This document shows, one piece after another, positions 1-8,380 of a stretch of DNA of 64,000 bases. A program made the position numbers and the translations under genes. The DNA is taken from assembly GCA_040905475.1 (NCBI GenBank), contig JBBDRM010000096.1, forward strand, positions 4,318 to 68,317, read 5' to 3'. This stretch comes from Actinomycetota bacterium. Its GTDB lineage: Bacteria > Actinomycetota > AC-67. Position 1 is the stretch's first letter; each line of letters opens with the position of its first letter. Under the pieces are notes generated by a model that searched no databases, had not been told where the DNA came from, and saw only the letters and a program-made list of their open reading frames with translations.

Positions 1-207
1 CAACCATCCGCCCACCACGATGAGGCCCGCACTGACGCCATAGAGAACGAAGGACGCCACGGTCACATGATTGGGCGTTAGGGCAGCGATCTTGCTGGCG
101 CTTCGAAGGAGCTTGTTGGCGAGCCGCGGGTACCACAGGTCGCCCCAGTTGCTGAAGTAGTTCGGCTCGATCACAGAATCCAGAGGCGGATACTCACGAC
201 CGGGCAT
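1..207 (-). CDS. CDP-alcohol phosphatidyltransferase-like membrane protein, N-terminal part only (runs off left edge)
   Basis: Own reverse translation from ATG at 207: MPGREYPPLDSVIEPNYFSNWGDLWYPRLANKLLRSASKIAALTPNHVTVASFVLYGVSAGLIVVGGW. LTPNxVT plus a TM helix resembles this family. Overlaps the upstream gene end by 14 nt. Confidence 0.4.
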   Translation of the reverse strand, partial: MPGREYPPLDSVIEPNYFSNWGDLWYPRLANKLLRSASKIAALTPNHVTVASFVLYGVSAGLIVVGGWL

Positions 208-1390
208 GGGCGACGCTTCCGCGTGGTGCGGGGATAGGAGGTTCTTGCTTTGCCGCGGCAAATCGCCGCATGATCTTCCGCAACTGGCGCAATGCATCCC
301 GCGTGTCGTGCTTACGCAGTGCACCGATGTGTCCGATCTGAAAGATCTTGCCCTTCAGCACGCCCTTGCCCTCATAGACGACGATGCCCTCGGCCTTAAA
401 CTCCCGAGCGAGATTCTCGAAGGTGAGATAGCTCGGCAGCGTGATGCAGGTTACGACGCTCGACGTGTTTCCGTCGCCGTAGTCGGCGTACGGCAACTTC
501 ATTCGAGTCAGTTGTCTGCGGGTAAATTCGGCCCGGTCTCGAATGACCTGGCGAGAGCACTCTGCGCCTCGCTTGGTGATCTCTTTCAGTGAGGCATGCA
601 ATGACACGAAGACTTGCACCGCTGGTGTGTTCGGAGTTTGAGCGTGATCCCGCATGAACCGAAAATGCCGATGCAGATCTAGGTAATGACTCTGGGCGGA
701 AGTGGGCTTGTGTCGCTCAAGCACGCTCTTCTTGACGACCAAGATTCCAACGCCGGGCATCGCCGAAAGGCCCTTGCCTGTAGCACCGACCAAGACGTCG
801 ACGCCCCATTGCTCAACGGAGATCCCCTCGGCCCCGATGCTGCTGATCGCATCAACAAAGATCAGCGTCCCGTGACGATGTGCAAGCTGTGCCACTTCAG
901 CGACCGGATTCATCATGCCGCTACTGGTCTCATGGTGAACAAGGGCAACCAACTGGTAACGCTTCTGCCTCAGAGCCTCCTCGACCTTGCCGAGATCGAT
1001 TTGCTCTTGCCATCGGAAAGGAAGGTGATCGACAGCGTCGTTGTGCAGCTTCGTGACGTCGAAGAGCCGTTCACCAAATTCACCGTTGCTGATGACGAGG
1101 GTGGGGCCGACGGCGCCGATGCTCGACAGGATCGTTTCGTTCGCCGCTGTTCCGGATCCGGTGATGAAGGCGATCTCGTAGAGGCTTTCTTCGCTCTCGA
1201 TTCCGACCAGCGGTTTCAGCATGGTCACGCTTTCCAACATCAGCGAGGAAAATGCCGCCTCCCGATGGCCGATGGCTGTGTTTTTGACGGCGCGCTTAAC
1301 CTGCCTGGAAAGCAGGACGGGCCCCGGGCAAAGCAAAACAGGCCGAGGTTTCTTGCCAAAGGCCTTGAGTAACTTGAGTAAATAGAACAA
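194..1390 (-). CDS. class V (fold-type I) PLP-dependent aminotransferase, AGXT / 2-aminoethylphosphonate-pyruvate transaminase-like
   Basis: 398-aa ORF with ITGSGTAANE, HHETSSG, FVDAISS and the ATGKGLSAMPG lysine region. Visibly lower GC than the rest of the window. Confidence 0.8.
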   Translation of the reverse strand: MFYLLKLLKAFGKKPRPVLLCPGPVLLSRQVKRAVKNTAIGHREAAFSSLMLESVTMLKPLVGIESEESLYEIAFITGSGTAANETILSSIGAVGPTLVISNGEFGERLFDVTKLHNDAVDHLPFRWQEQIDLGKVEEALRQKRYQLVALVHHETSSGMMNPVAEVAQLAHRHGTLIFVDAISSIGAEGISVEQWGVDVLVGATGKGLSAMPGVGILVVKKSVLERHKPTSAQSHYLDLHRHFRFMRDHAQTPNTPAVQVFVSLHASLKEITKRGAECSRQVIRDRAEFTRRQLTRMKLPYADYGDGNTSSVVTCITLPSYLTFENLAREFKAEGIVVYEGKGVLKGKIFQIGHIGALRKHDTRDALRQLRKIMRRFAAAKQEPPIPAPRGSVAHARS

Positions 1391-1590
1391 TAGAGGTCCC
1401 TTCAGCGCCGAGATGACGGCTCGGTGAAAACTCCTAGAGCGGTAGAAATTGCCATCTTACTGTGGCCTGAGGCCTCCTTGCGTGTCGGGATGCGAAGGTG
1501 CGCTCACAAGAGTGAGGGCTCCATTTTGGCTGCACCGACCCGCGCGAGTTTCGTCCTGCCTGACCCAACCGGTCTATCGTGCCTGCATAG

Positions 1591-1657
1591 CGGAGGCGGA
1601 AGGAATCGAACCCACCCGGCCCGGTTAAGGGCCGCACCGGTTTTGAAGTCGCCTCCG
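1591..1657 (-). other. tRNA-derived element (Sec/Ser-type 3' half closed by an 8-bp helix); candidate att remnant, not a foldable tRNA
   Basis: Reverse strand reads CGGAGGCG-ACTTCAAAACCGGTG-CGGCCC/TTAACC/GGGCCG-GGTGGG/TTCGATT/CCTTCC-GCCTCCG. It has a T arm with a GTTCGATTC loop, an extra-arm hairpin and a CUUCAAA anticodon-loop-like segment. I could not fold a D arm or an anticodon stem. Confidence 0.45.
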
Positions 1658-1877
1658 AAGTGTCTACTGAGTCCGATGGCGTGGGCTGGAGCTGTCCATA
1701 GGGGTTGTCTGTGGAGTCGGCTCGCGTCGCTGAATTCGGGCGCCACGTGGTGTCAGAGAACCGCAAGGACGTTGCTATCGGGGCACGTAGTGGCTCCTAT
1801 TCGCCTTGCGAGCGGAGCGTTCGACATGAGTCCACACCGCGTCGCAAGCGTCATGTCCTCTGGCGTCGAAGTCGCGC

Positions 1878-2537
1878 TCAGCCGGCACCAACTGGCTTTA
1901 CCGCCTGCGCGTAGTGGATCCAAGGCCGGAGGTCACCTCTACGCGTCTGCTCGAAGCCGGCTTCCCGCACCATCGGCTCGAGCAGATGAACGGGATTGTT
2001 CCTCATGGCGGGACTGGCGTAGGGAGCACTCAGCAGGCGGCCGACTCGACTGTTGGGAGGTCGGAAGTCGGCGATGAGGACCGACCCGCCGGGGCGAAGG
2101 ACGCGGAACATCTCGCGGATCACCTGCGGGCGCAAATCCTCGGGCAGGTGATGGACCACCAGGCTGCTTACCACGACATCATATGAGCCATCAGGCGCGT
2201 CGAGGGCCTCGGCGATCCCTTCGGAGAAGGTGCAGTTGGCGAGACCGGTGTGCCGGCGGGCGTATGCGATCATGTCTCCGGAGGGATCCACGCCCTGAGC
2301 CGTGCCGCCGGGCGTGACCGCTTCGGCCATCAGGCGCGTGAAGTACCCCGTGCCGCAGCCGACCTCGAGAACCCGGTCCCCCGGGCGGGCGCCGCTCTCG
2401 GCGGCCAAGCGGGCGTAGACGCTGCGTCTGCGGCCGCCGAAGAAGATCCCCGCCAGGACGTCGTAGCTGCGTGCATGGGCGATGAGCCTGCCGGGTGTGT
2501 GAGCGTCCACGTCACCGTGTCGAAGATGTCGTCTCAC
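1878..2537 (-). CDS. class I SAM-dependent methyltransferase
   Basis: Motif I VLEVGCGTGYF, later LRPGGSVLIADF. Start moved to GTG at 2537, 14 nt after the TetR stop, because the longer ORF overlaps the TetR gene. Confidence 0.8.
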   Translation of the reverse strand: MRRHLRHGDVDAHTPGRLIAHARSYDVLAGIFFGGRRRSVYARLAAESGARPGDRVLEVGCGTGYFTRLMAEAVTPGGTAQGVDPSGDMIAYARRHTGLANCTFSEGIAEALDAPDGSYDVVVSSLVVHHLPEDLRPQVIREMFRVLRPGGSVLIADFRPPNSRVGRLLSAPYASPAMRNNPVHLLEPMVREAGFEQTRRGDLRPWIHYAQAVKPVGAG

Positions 2538-2550
2538 GGTCCATCCCCAT

Positions 2551-3144
2551 TCAGCGCGGGCGGCGCAGACCTGCCAGCGTGACCGCAACAAGCCGGCGGA
2601 CAGCGGCCTTTGACTGCATGTTCCTCGCCGCCGCGAGGGAGTGAAGGCAGTAGCTCGCAAGCTCGTCTGGCGCGACGTCGTCCCGCACGTCTCCCGAGGC
2701 TGCGGCTTCGGTCAACAACTCTCGGATCATGTGCCGGAGTTTCTTCTCCGCTCGGGGGACCTGTTCGTCCCGATGCAGGAACACCGCGAGCTCAGAGTTA
2801 TGGTGTCCCTGTGACTCGTGAGCGATCAGCGCGTAGGCGTGCATGACGGCTTCGAGTCGCCCGCCGTCGTCGGTGGCTTGTTCTCGCACGTCGGCGAGAT
2901 GCCCGAGGTGAGCATTGATCTGGCGCTCGTGCCACGCGTGCAGGATCGCCTCGACGTCGGGGAAGTACTTGTAGAGCGTTGCTCGTCCGATGCCGGTTTC
3001 CTCGGCGATCCGCGACATCGTCACGGCGAGCAGACCATGCTCGGCGGCGAGTGCTGCGGTGGTGTCCAGAACGGCTTCCCGCACCTCGCGGCGGTGGGAT
3101 TCGATCGTGTCGTTCCAGAGCTTCGGCACACCCCGAGTATACAT
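2551..3144 (-). CDS. TetR/AcrR family transcriptional regulator
   Basis: N-terminal HTH (TMSRIAEETGIGRATLYKYF). Start set at MYTRG (3144) because the longer ORF start lies inside the operator palindrome. Confidence 0.85.
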   Translation of the reverse strand: MYTRGVPKLWNDTIESHRREVREAVLDTTAALAAEHGLLAVTMSRIAEETGIGRATLYKYFPDVEAILHAWHERQINAHLGHLADVREQATDDGGRLEAVMHAYALIAHESQGHHNSELAVFLHRDEQVPRAEKKLRHMIRELLTEAAASGDVRDDVAPDELASYCLHSLAAARNMQSKAAVRRLVAVTLAGLRRPR

Positions 3145-3170
3145 GATGACAAGAGGCGAGACATCTTGGT

Positions 3171-3199
3171 TTGACAGAGACACTCTGTCTCGCTAACCT
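3171..3199 (+). promoter_or_regulatory. candidate sigma70-type promoter (TTGACA-17-TAACCT) overlapped by perfect inverted repeat GACAGAG-ACA-CTCTGTC (likely TetR operator)
   Basis: Read directly: TTGACA 3171-3176, TAACCT 3194-3199, inverted repeat 3173-3189. Lies in the divergent gap between the TetR gene and the cupredoxin gene. Confidence 0.45.
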
Positions 3200-3253
3200 C
3201 GCAACTCGGTGCGGGTCCAGAGATCGACGACGTAACCGCGGAGGCGACGGAAA

Positions 3254-3856
3254 ATGAATGACCATCCGCCTTCCCCTCAGGCAGGGGTCGAACCCGGCCA
3301 AGGGGAGAAGCCTGGCATGCCGCGCTGGGTGAAGGTGTTTGTCATCGTTGCGGTCGTTTTGCTCGTGGTTGTCGTCATCGGGCTTCTCACCGGCCAACTC
3401 GGCCCCGGAGGTCCCCACGGCCCTGGCCGCCATCTGGGCGCCCGGAGCAACGCCACACCCGCCAGCGCTCAGCAGCAGAACACCGGAAACGTCGGAGGGC
3501 CGGCCGCCGCGAGCGAAGCGTCCCGCACGATCGAGGTCACGCTGCTCGACACGATGAGCTTCGAGCCGGCATCGATCAACGTGTCGGCGGGAGAGACGGT
3601 CACGTTCGCGGTGACCAATGCGGGCCGGGATGTCCACGAATTCACCCTCGGGGATGCCGCGATGCACCAAGAACATGCCCAGGCGATGGCCCACATACCC
3701 GCCGGGGTGACCCATAGCTTTCCCAACAGCCTTACGTTGCAGCCCGGGGAGACCAAGCGACTGACGTGGCGATTCGGTGACGCGGCGCTCGAGTTCGCGT
3801 GCCACGAGCGGGGTCACTACGAGGCAGGGATGCGCGGCCAGGTCATGGTCATTTGA
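3254..3856 (+). CDS. membrane-anchored cupredoxin (type-1 copper-like) protein
   Basis: N-terminal TM helix, then a cupredoxin fold with HEF ... ACHERGHYEAGM (His, Cys-x4-His-x4-Met ligand pattern). GGAGG lies upstream of the ATG. Confidence 0.8.
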   Translation: MNDHPPSPQAGVEPGQGEKPGMPRWVKVFVIVAVVLLVVVVIGLLTGQLGPGGPHGPGRHLGARSNATPASAQQQNTGNVGGPAAASEASRTIEVTLLDTMSFEPASINVSAGETVTFAVTNAGRDVHEFTLGDAAMHQEHAQAMAHIPAGVTHSFPNSLTLQPGETKRLTWRFGDAALEFACHERGHYEAGMRGQVMVI

Positions 3857-3887
3857 CTCAGGTTCTCAACCCCGAGGGATTGCGGCT

Positions 3888-4427
3888 ATGACCATGGCCC
3901 CGGGCCTCCGCAAGTTCGCGCTCGCCGTGCATCTCACGCTCTCGATCGGTTGGATCGGCGCGGTGGCCGCGTACATGGCACTCGACGTTGCCACTGCGAC
4001 GAGCCAAGAGGCTCAGCTCTTGCGTTCCGCGTACCTGGGGATGGACCTGATCGCGCGCAACGTCCTCGTCCCGCTGGCCTTCGCTTCGCTTATCACCGGG
4101 CTCGTCATGTCGCTGGGGACCAAGTGGGGCTTGTTCCGCCACTACTGGGTCCTGATCTCCCTGGTGATGACCATCATCGCAACCGCGGTCCTGCTGGTAG
4201 AAACGCGGACGATCAGCCACCTCGCCGGAGTCGCAGCAGACCCGACAACGTCGGCCGACAAGCTGCGAGCCCTGGGTAGCACGCTGGTCCACTCCGTCGG
4301 CGGCACCGTGGTGTTGGTAGTGATCTTGGTGCTCAATCTGTATAAGCCGCAAGGCATGACGCGGTACGGGTGTCGCAGGCAGCAAGAGGAGCGAACGCAG
4401 CGCGGTCGTACGGCTGCCGTGCCGTAG
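3888..4427 (+). CDS. integral membrane protein (DUF2269-like, 4 TM)
   Basis: Start at the internal ATG (MTMAPGLRKFALAVHL...). Four hydrophobic segments. A paralog-like gene is at 30969-31424, also next to a cupredoxin. Confidence 0.6.
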   Translation: MTMAPGLRKFALAVHLTLSIGWIGAVAAYMALDVATATSQEAQLLRSAYLGMDLIARNVLVPLAFASLITGLVMSLGTKWGLFRHYWVLISLVMTIIATAVLLVETRTISHLAGVAADPTTSADKLRALGSTLVHSVGGTVVLVVILVLNLYKPQGMTRYGCRRQQEERTQRGRTAAVP

Positions 4428-4533
4428 ATCTAGTGACGCGTGTCGTGATCCGCTCGTCATGCAGGCGCGCTGTGTGGCCACTTGGGCAGACGTCGCGGTC
4501 GATGATGTCGAGGGGTTCGCGGACTCGCCAGTA

Positions 4534-5118
4534 CTAGTCGAGCGCTGCGCGCCAGTCGGTCGCGACAGCTTGAGAGTACGGTTGGGTGAAACCGCATCCC
4601 CATGCGAAGCCTCCGTCGCCTGCCACCAATAGGCGCGAGCCTGGGTCGAGGGAGACGCTCGGTCCAGCGGAGGTGATGCCGCCCAGTGTGGACGCGCCCT
4701 TGAGCGTGATCTGCTCGCTGGTACCACCCTTGAACCACTCGCCGACGGTGAAGGTGACCTCGTCGCCGCTCACCGACTTCACCGAGCCGTCGAAGGCGAC
4801 CTGCCGGTTGGCGAGCGTCTCGGGACTGTAGAGCTCGACGCAGGACGCAGCGCCCGGAGTAATCGGGCCGCTCCCTGGACCTGGTGCCGGTGTGTCCGCT
4901 CCTCGCGTCGCAAGCACGATGCCGCCGCCGGCCACGATCAGGACGGCCGCGGCAGCCGAAAGCGCGCCGGCGCGTGTGCGCAACCAGATGGTGCGTTGCT
5001 CGCTCATGACGATCCTTTCCTTCAGGGCCCGCGGGGCGGGATCCTCGGCGGAAGGGATCGCGGTGCCTTGCACGGGATCTGCGTCGCTTAGGCGGCGCAG
5101 CTCGTCGAACTCAGACAT
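4534..5118 (-). CDS. putative anti-sigma factor / single-pass membrane protein
   Basis: Overlaps the stop of the ECF sigma gene by 8 nt. One TM helix (ALSAAAAVLIVAGGGIVLA) followed by an extracytoplasmic domain. Confidence 0.5.
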   Translation of the reverse strand: MSEFDELRRLSDADPVQGTAIPSAEDPAPRALKERIVMSEQRTIWLRTRAGALSAAAAVLIVAGGGIVLATRGADTPAPGPGSGPITPGAASCVELYSPETLANRQVAFDGSVKSVSGDEVTFTVGEWFKGGTSEQITLKGASTLGGITSAGPSVSLDPGSRLLVAGDGGFAWGCGFTQPYSQAVATDWRAALD

Positions 5119-5626
5119 CGATCTCCTTCCGACGAGCCTGTGTCCGGGAGGAAGCGGATCCTGTCAGGCGGTCTCGAAGTCGCGCGCGGGCTCGGCTGAG
5201 GCGCAACGCTGCTGCGTTGGAGCTGCATCCGAGAACGATGGCGATCTGTGGGGCGCCGAGTCCTTCCCACGCCGCCAAGCGCAGGACCTCCCGGTCCTCG
5301 GGCCGCAGGGCCGACAAGGCCTCGATCACCCCTGGGTCTGATGAAGGTTCGGCGGACGCGGGTTCGGCGGCAAGGCGAGCGGCGAGGCGCAGCCGCCGGC
5401 GTTGGGAGCGCAGATGGTTGCCGACAACCTTGTAGGCGACGCCATACAGCCACGCCAGGCTCGACTCATCGTCCGGAACGTGGTCGAGCCGCCGCCAGGC
5501 AACGGTCAGGACCTCGGCGACGATGTCGTCCACATCTGAAGCGGGGACCCTGCGGCGCGCGTATGCCCATAGCGGCCCGTACGCGGACGCGAAGAGCCGG
5601 GTGAAGCGGTCTTCTCGCTCACCCAT
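5111..5626 (-). CDS. ECF-type RNA polymerase sigma-70 factor
   Basis: Region 2 and region 4 are recognisable (LRPEDREVLRLAAWEGLGAPQIAIVLGCSSNAAALRLSRARARLRD). Confidence 0.85.
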   Translation of the reverse strand: MGEREDRFTRLFASAYGPLWAYARRRVPASDVDDIVAEVLTVAWRRLDHVPDDESSLAWLYGVAYKVVGNHLRSQRRRLRLAARLAAEPASAEPSSDPGVIEALSALRPEDREVLRLAAWEGLGAPQIAIVLGCSSNAAALRLSRARARLRDRLTGSASSRTQARRKEIDV

Positions 5627-5701
5627 GTCGCTTGCTCTGACGCAGGGCTACTCCGAAAGGTTCCCCTGAAGCTCATACACAGGAGGCTTCAACCACTTCT
5701 C

Positions 5702-6211
5702 CTAGTCTCCTGTTAGCGAGACGCCGTGACGTTCCGAAAGAGTGGCCACGCTGTCGAAGTCCATCGCGAGTCCGAAGGATTCCAGCAGGTTGAATGCCTC
5801 CGGGGCGCTGGCCTTCTCATCGCCGATCAGGATCGCTCCCAGGCGCTCAAACATCAGTTCCAGCCCCGCGGGAGAGAAGATTTCGAGGTAGCGCGCAGGA
5901 GTATCACCGGGATTCCAATAGGTGTGTGGGACGCCTCGGGGCGCGAGGACGAGCGCCCCTTGACCGGCGTGCACCTCTTGGTCGCCGACTTGCGCGCCGA
6001 ACTCGCCTTCGAGGACGTACCAGAAACCTTGCTCGTTGACGTGGGTGTGCATCGGTCCCGCAAGCACTCGCGGCTGGATCCCCGATTCGACGAGGCCGAA
6101 GGCGCCTGCCGTATCCGCTCCGGAAACCAGGATCCGCGCATCGATCTTGCCGAGTCTGATGAGAGCGGCGTCATCCGCACGAAGGACGATGCGTCCGACT
6201 GAGAAGTCCAA
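5702..6211 (-). CDS. cupin domain protein
   Basis: GPMHTHVNEQGFWYVLEGE ... APRGVPHTYWN cupin motifs. Start set at TTG 6211, preceded by GGGAGG. The rest of the 523-aa ORF is Arg/Pro-rich overprint of the two upstream genes. Confidence 0.75.
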   Translation of the reverse strand: MDFSVGRIVLRADDAALIRLGKIDARILVSGADTAGAFGLVESGIQPRVLAGPMHTHVNEQGFWYVLEGEFGAQVGDQEVHAGQGALVLAPRGVPHTYWNPGDTPARYLEIFSPAGLELMFERLGAILIGDEKASAPEAFNLLESFGLAMDFDSVATLSERHGVSLTGD

Positions 6212-6237
6212 CGATTTCCTCCCTAGTTCTGACCGTG

Positions 6238-6831
6238 CTACTCGCCTGCGGTCTGCGCCAGCGCGCGATACAGGAACGGACCCACGCTCGAGATCCGCCA
6301 GCGCGCAAAGCCTGCCTCGGGGATCGCAGCACGGACGTCCCGGATCGAGTAATGGCTCATCGGCGGGAACAGCTTCGCCACCGGTGGGGGGAAGAAGGCC
6401 GACGTGAGGTCGACGAGCAGGAGCTTGCCTCCGGGTCGCAGAACTCGAGCCGACTCCGCGAGCGCCTTCTGCCAGTCGCCGACGTGATGCCAGACGAACA
6501 TGCTGATCATCAGATCGAAGCTCGCGTCGGGAAAGGCGAGCGAGGTCGCGTCGGCCTGTTCGACGCGCAGCCGGCTGTCGTAGCGCTCCAGCCTGGTGCG
6601 CGTCAGCGCGACCATCTCGGGGTCGTAGTCGCTGGCCGTGAAGCGCCAGCGGGGGAAGCGTCGGAGGAACATCTCGGCGTTGAATCCACCTCCCGAGCCC
6701 ACCTCGAGCACGTCGGCGTCGGTTGGCAGCGGCGCGATGCGAAGCGCCCACGGCAATGTCATTCGCTGGGTGAGCGTCTTCCAGAGGTTGCTCTGAAGTA
6801 CGCGTCGCTCGATCCCTTCCAGCTCGGGCAT
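6238..6831 (-). CDS. class I SAM-dependent methyltransferase
   Basis: VLEVGSGGGFN motif I, LRPGGKLLLVD. ATG at 6831, 2 nt after the upstream stop. Confidence 0.8.
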   Translation of the reverse strand: MPELEGIERRVLQSNLWKTLTQRMTLPWALRIAPLPTDADVLEVGSGGGFNAEMFLRRFPRWRFTASDYDPEMVALTRTRLERYDSRLRVEQADATSLAFPDASFDLMISMFVWHHVGDWQKALAESARVLRPGGKLLLVDLTSAFFPPPVAKLFPPMSHYSIRDVRAAIPEAGFARWRISSVGPFLYRALAQTAGE

Positions 6832-6833
6832 GT

Positions 6834-7562
6834 TCAGCCTCCCGTATAGGTGTCGGGCCGCTCGGCAAACGTGCGCGCGCAGTCGAACGAGCAGAAGAGC
6901 CATGTGCGTCCGGCGTAGACGAGCTGGCCCTGGGCTGTGCCTGACGCGATTCGCATCTGGCACACGGGATCAACATCGCTGGCGCCGTCGCGGTGTTGGG
7001 GATCGACGATCTCGAACAGGCGCACGGGCTCCGAAATGTTCTTGAAGTGTCCCAGGCCGGCGGCGATGGTCTCGATACCCGAGCCGGGAATGTTGGAGGC
7101 GACGGTGTCGGTACACAGGATCTGGCCCGAGCGCGCGTGACCCGCGACTCGCGCTGCCAGGTTGACGGCAGCACCGAAGAAGTCGGAATCCTGCTCCACG
7201 GCGGGACCGTGATGGAGACCGGCCCGCACGGCCGGGAAGAGCGACTCGGCTTTGACGGCCCGCGCCAAGGCAAGAGCTGTAGAGGCTCCTTCCCGCGGAG
7301 TAGAGGCGACGATCATCACCTCGTCGCCGATCGTCTTGACGAGTCGGGCGTCTCCGGCGAGCGCGTTCTTCGTGAGTGCCGAGAAGCGCTTGGCGATCTG
7401 TGCGGCGTCGAGATCTCCGTGCGCCTCGGTCAGGGCGGTGAAGCCCGATAGGTCGGCGAAAAGGAATGTTGCTTCAGTCGTTCTTCCATCCGCCTCGTTC
7501 ATCTCCTCAGATGATGACGCATCGCCGCGGGACTCAACCAATCCGGCCCGCGACGCCGCCAT
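6834..7562 (-). CDS. class III adenylate/guanylate cyclase fused to a C-terminal YHS/TRASH-like metal-binding domain
   Basis: Cyclase motifs FLFADLSGFTALTE, GDEVM, FFGAAVNLAARV. C-terminus DPVCQMRI...FCSFDCARTFAERPDTY. Confidence 0.8.
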   Translation of the reverse strand: MAASRAGLVESRGDASSSEEMNEADGRTTEATFLFADLSGFTALTEAHGDLDAAQIAKRFSALTKNALAGDARLVKTIGDEVMIVASTPREGASTALALARAVKAESLFPAVRAGLHHGPAVEQDSDFFGAAVNLAARVAGHARSGQILCTDTVASNIPGSGIETIAAGLGHFKNISEPVRLFEIVDPQHRDGASDVDPVCQMRIASGTAQGQLVYAGRTWLFCSFDCARTFAERPDTYTGG

Positions 7563-7628
7563 ACCAGGCCCGTGCGCGACGCCACTTCCAGCGAAGTGGC
7601 GTCGTCACGAACGAGCGTGAGGCTAGCA

Positions 7629-7913
7629 CTAGCCGCCCATGATGCCGCCGGTGTGATGGCCACCCATCATGCCGTTCGAACCCATCGTGGCTGCGCCCAT
7701 TTGACCGTTCATCATCTGCGTGTGGAGCTGGTCGCATTGCGCCTGAGCGGCGGCAGGCATCTGGGAATGAAGCTGCTGCATGGACACGCCGTGCTCTTGG
7801 GCCATCTGCTGCTGGCAGGTTCCCTGCTGCGGGCTCCCGGCAACGGCGTAGCCGACGCTGAGCGCGACGAGCGCGGCGAGCGCTACTCCGACGAAGATCC
7901 AGCGAGCCTTCAT
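7629..7913 (-). CDS. small secreted Met/His/Gln-rich protein (candidate Cu(I) binder)
   Basis: 94 aa starting at MKARWIFVGVALAALVALS (signal-like), preceded by GGAGGTG. The mature part has many M, Q and H residues (QMMNGQMGAATMGSNGMMGGHHTGGIMGG). Confidence 0.6.
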   Translation of the reverse strand: MKARWIFVGVALAALVALSVGYAVAGSPQQGTCQQQMAQEHGVSMQQLHSQMPAAAQAQCDQLHTQMMNGQMGAATMGSNGMMGGHHTGGIMGG

Positions 7914-8042
7914 ATCGGTCACCTCCGTTTCTGATGCGAAGGTAGCCGGGTTGTGTGTTGGGGAGATGAAGGATTCGGGTTGAGGGCATGAAGGACAAGC
8001 GGGACGGGGCAGGCGGGTCTGCCGGTTGGTAGCCTTGGGGCC

Positions 8043-8333
8043 GTGCGGATCGGATCTGGGAGGTCGCGGATCCCGGCGGCCCTGCTGCTGGTCGTGGCCG
8101 TTCTGTGCCTCGCTCTTGCGATGCATGCCGCCGCGATGGGCGATCACGTCATGTCGATGCTCGGCGCCTGCCTGGCCGTCCTGGTCGCGATCGTTCTGAC
8201 GCTTTGGATACCGGTCGCTTCGTCGCTCCGGCTCGTCGGCCCTGACCGGCCGACGATCCGTTGGATCGCCCCCGGAGCGAGTCCGCCTCGCGGCCGATAC
8301 CCGCCGGACGAGGGAACCGTCCTGCGACACTGA
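8043..8333 (+). CDS. hypothetical small membrane protein (2 TM, His/Met in helices)
   Basis: 96-aa ORF directly upstream of the cupredoxin lipoprotein gene. GTG start, no clear RBS. Confidence 0.3.
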   Translation: MRIGSGRSRIPAALLLVVAVLCLALAMHAAAMGDHVMSMLGACLAVLVAIVLTLWIPVASSLRLVGPDRPTIRWIAPGASPPRGRYPPDEGTVLRH

Positions 8334-8380
8334 TTCCTTCCGATCGCGATCCTTCCTTACAAACGAGATTCGGAGGAGTG

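Noticed and set aside
1591-1960. Possible tmRNA (ssrA) on the minus strand, because of the tRNA-like 3' end and a GGCTGAGCGCGACTTCGAC-like stretch about 300 nt upstream.
   Set aside because: The putative 5' end cannot pair with the 3' acceptor strand (CGCCTCC) and lies inside the methyltransferase coding region. There is no G3-U70/A73 alanine identity and no plausible tag ORF.
2798-3817. 339-aa minus-strand ORF.
   Set aside because: It is antisense to the cupredoxin gene and overlaps the TetR gene out of frame. Arg-rich composition is typical of GC-rich shadow ORFs.
5702-7273. 523-aa ORF on the minus strand.
   Set aside because: Only the last 169 aa (the cupin) look like protein. The upstream part overprints the methyltransferase and cyclase genes in another frame and is Arg/Pro/Ser-rich.
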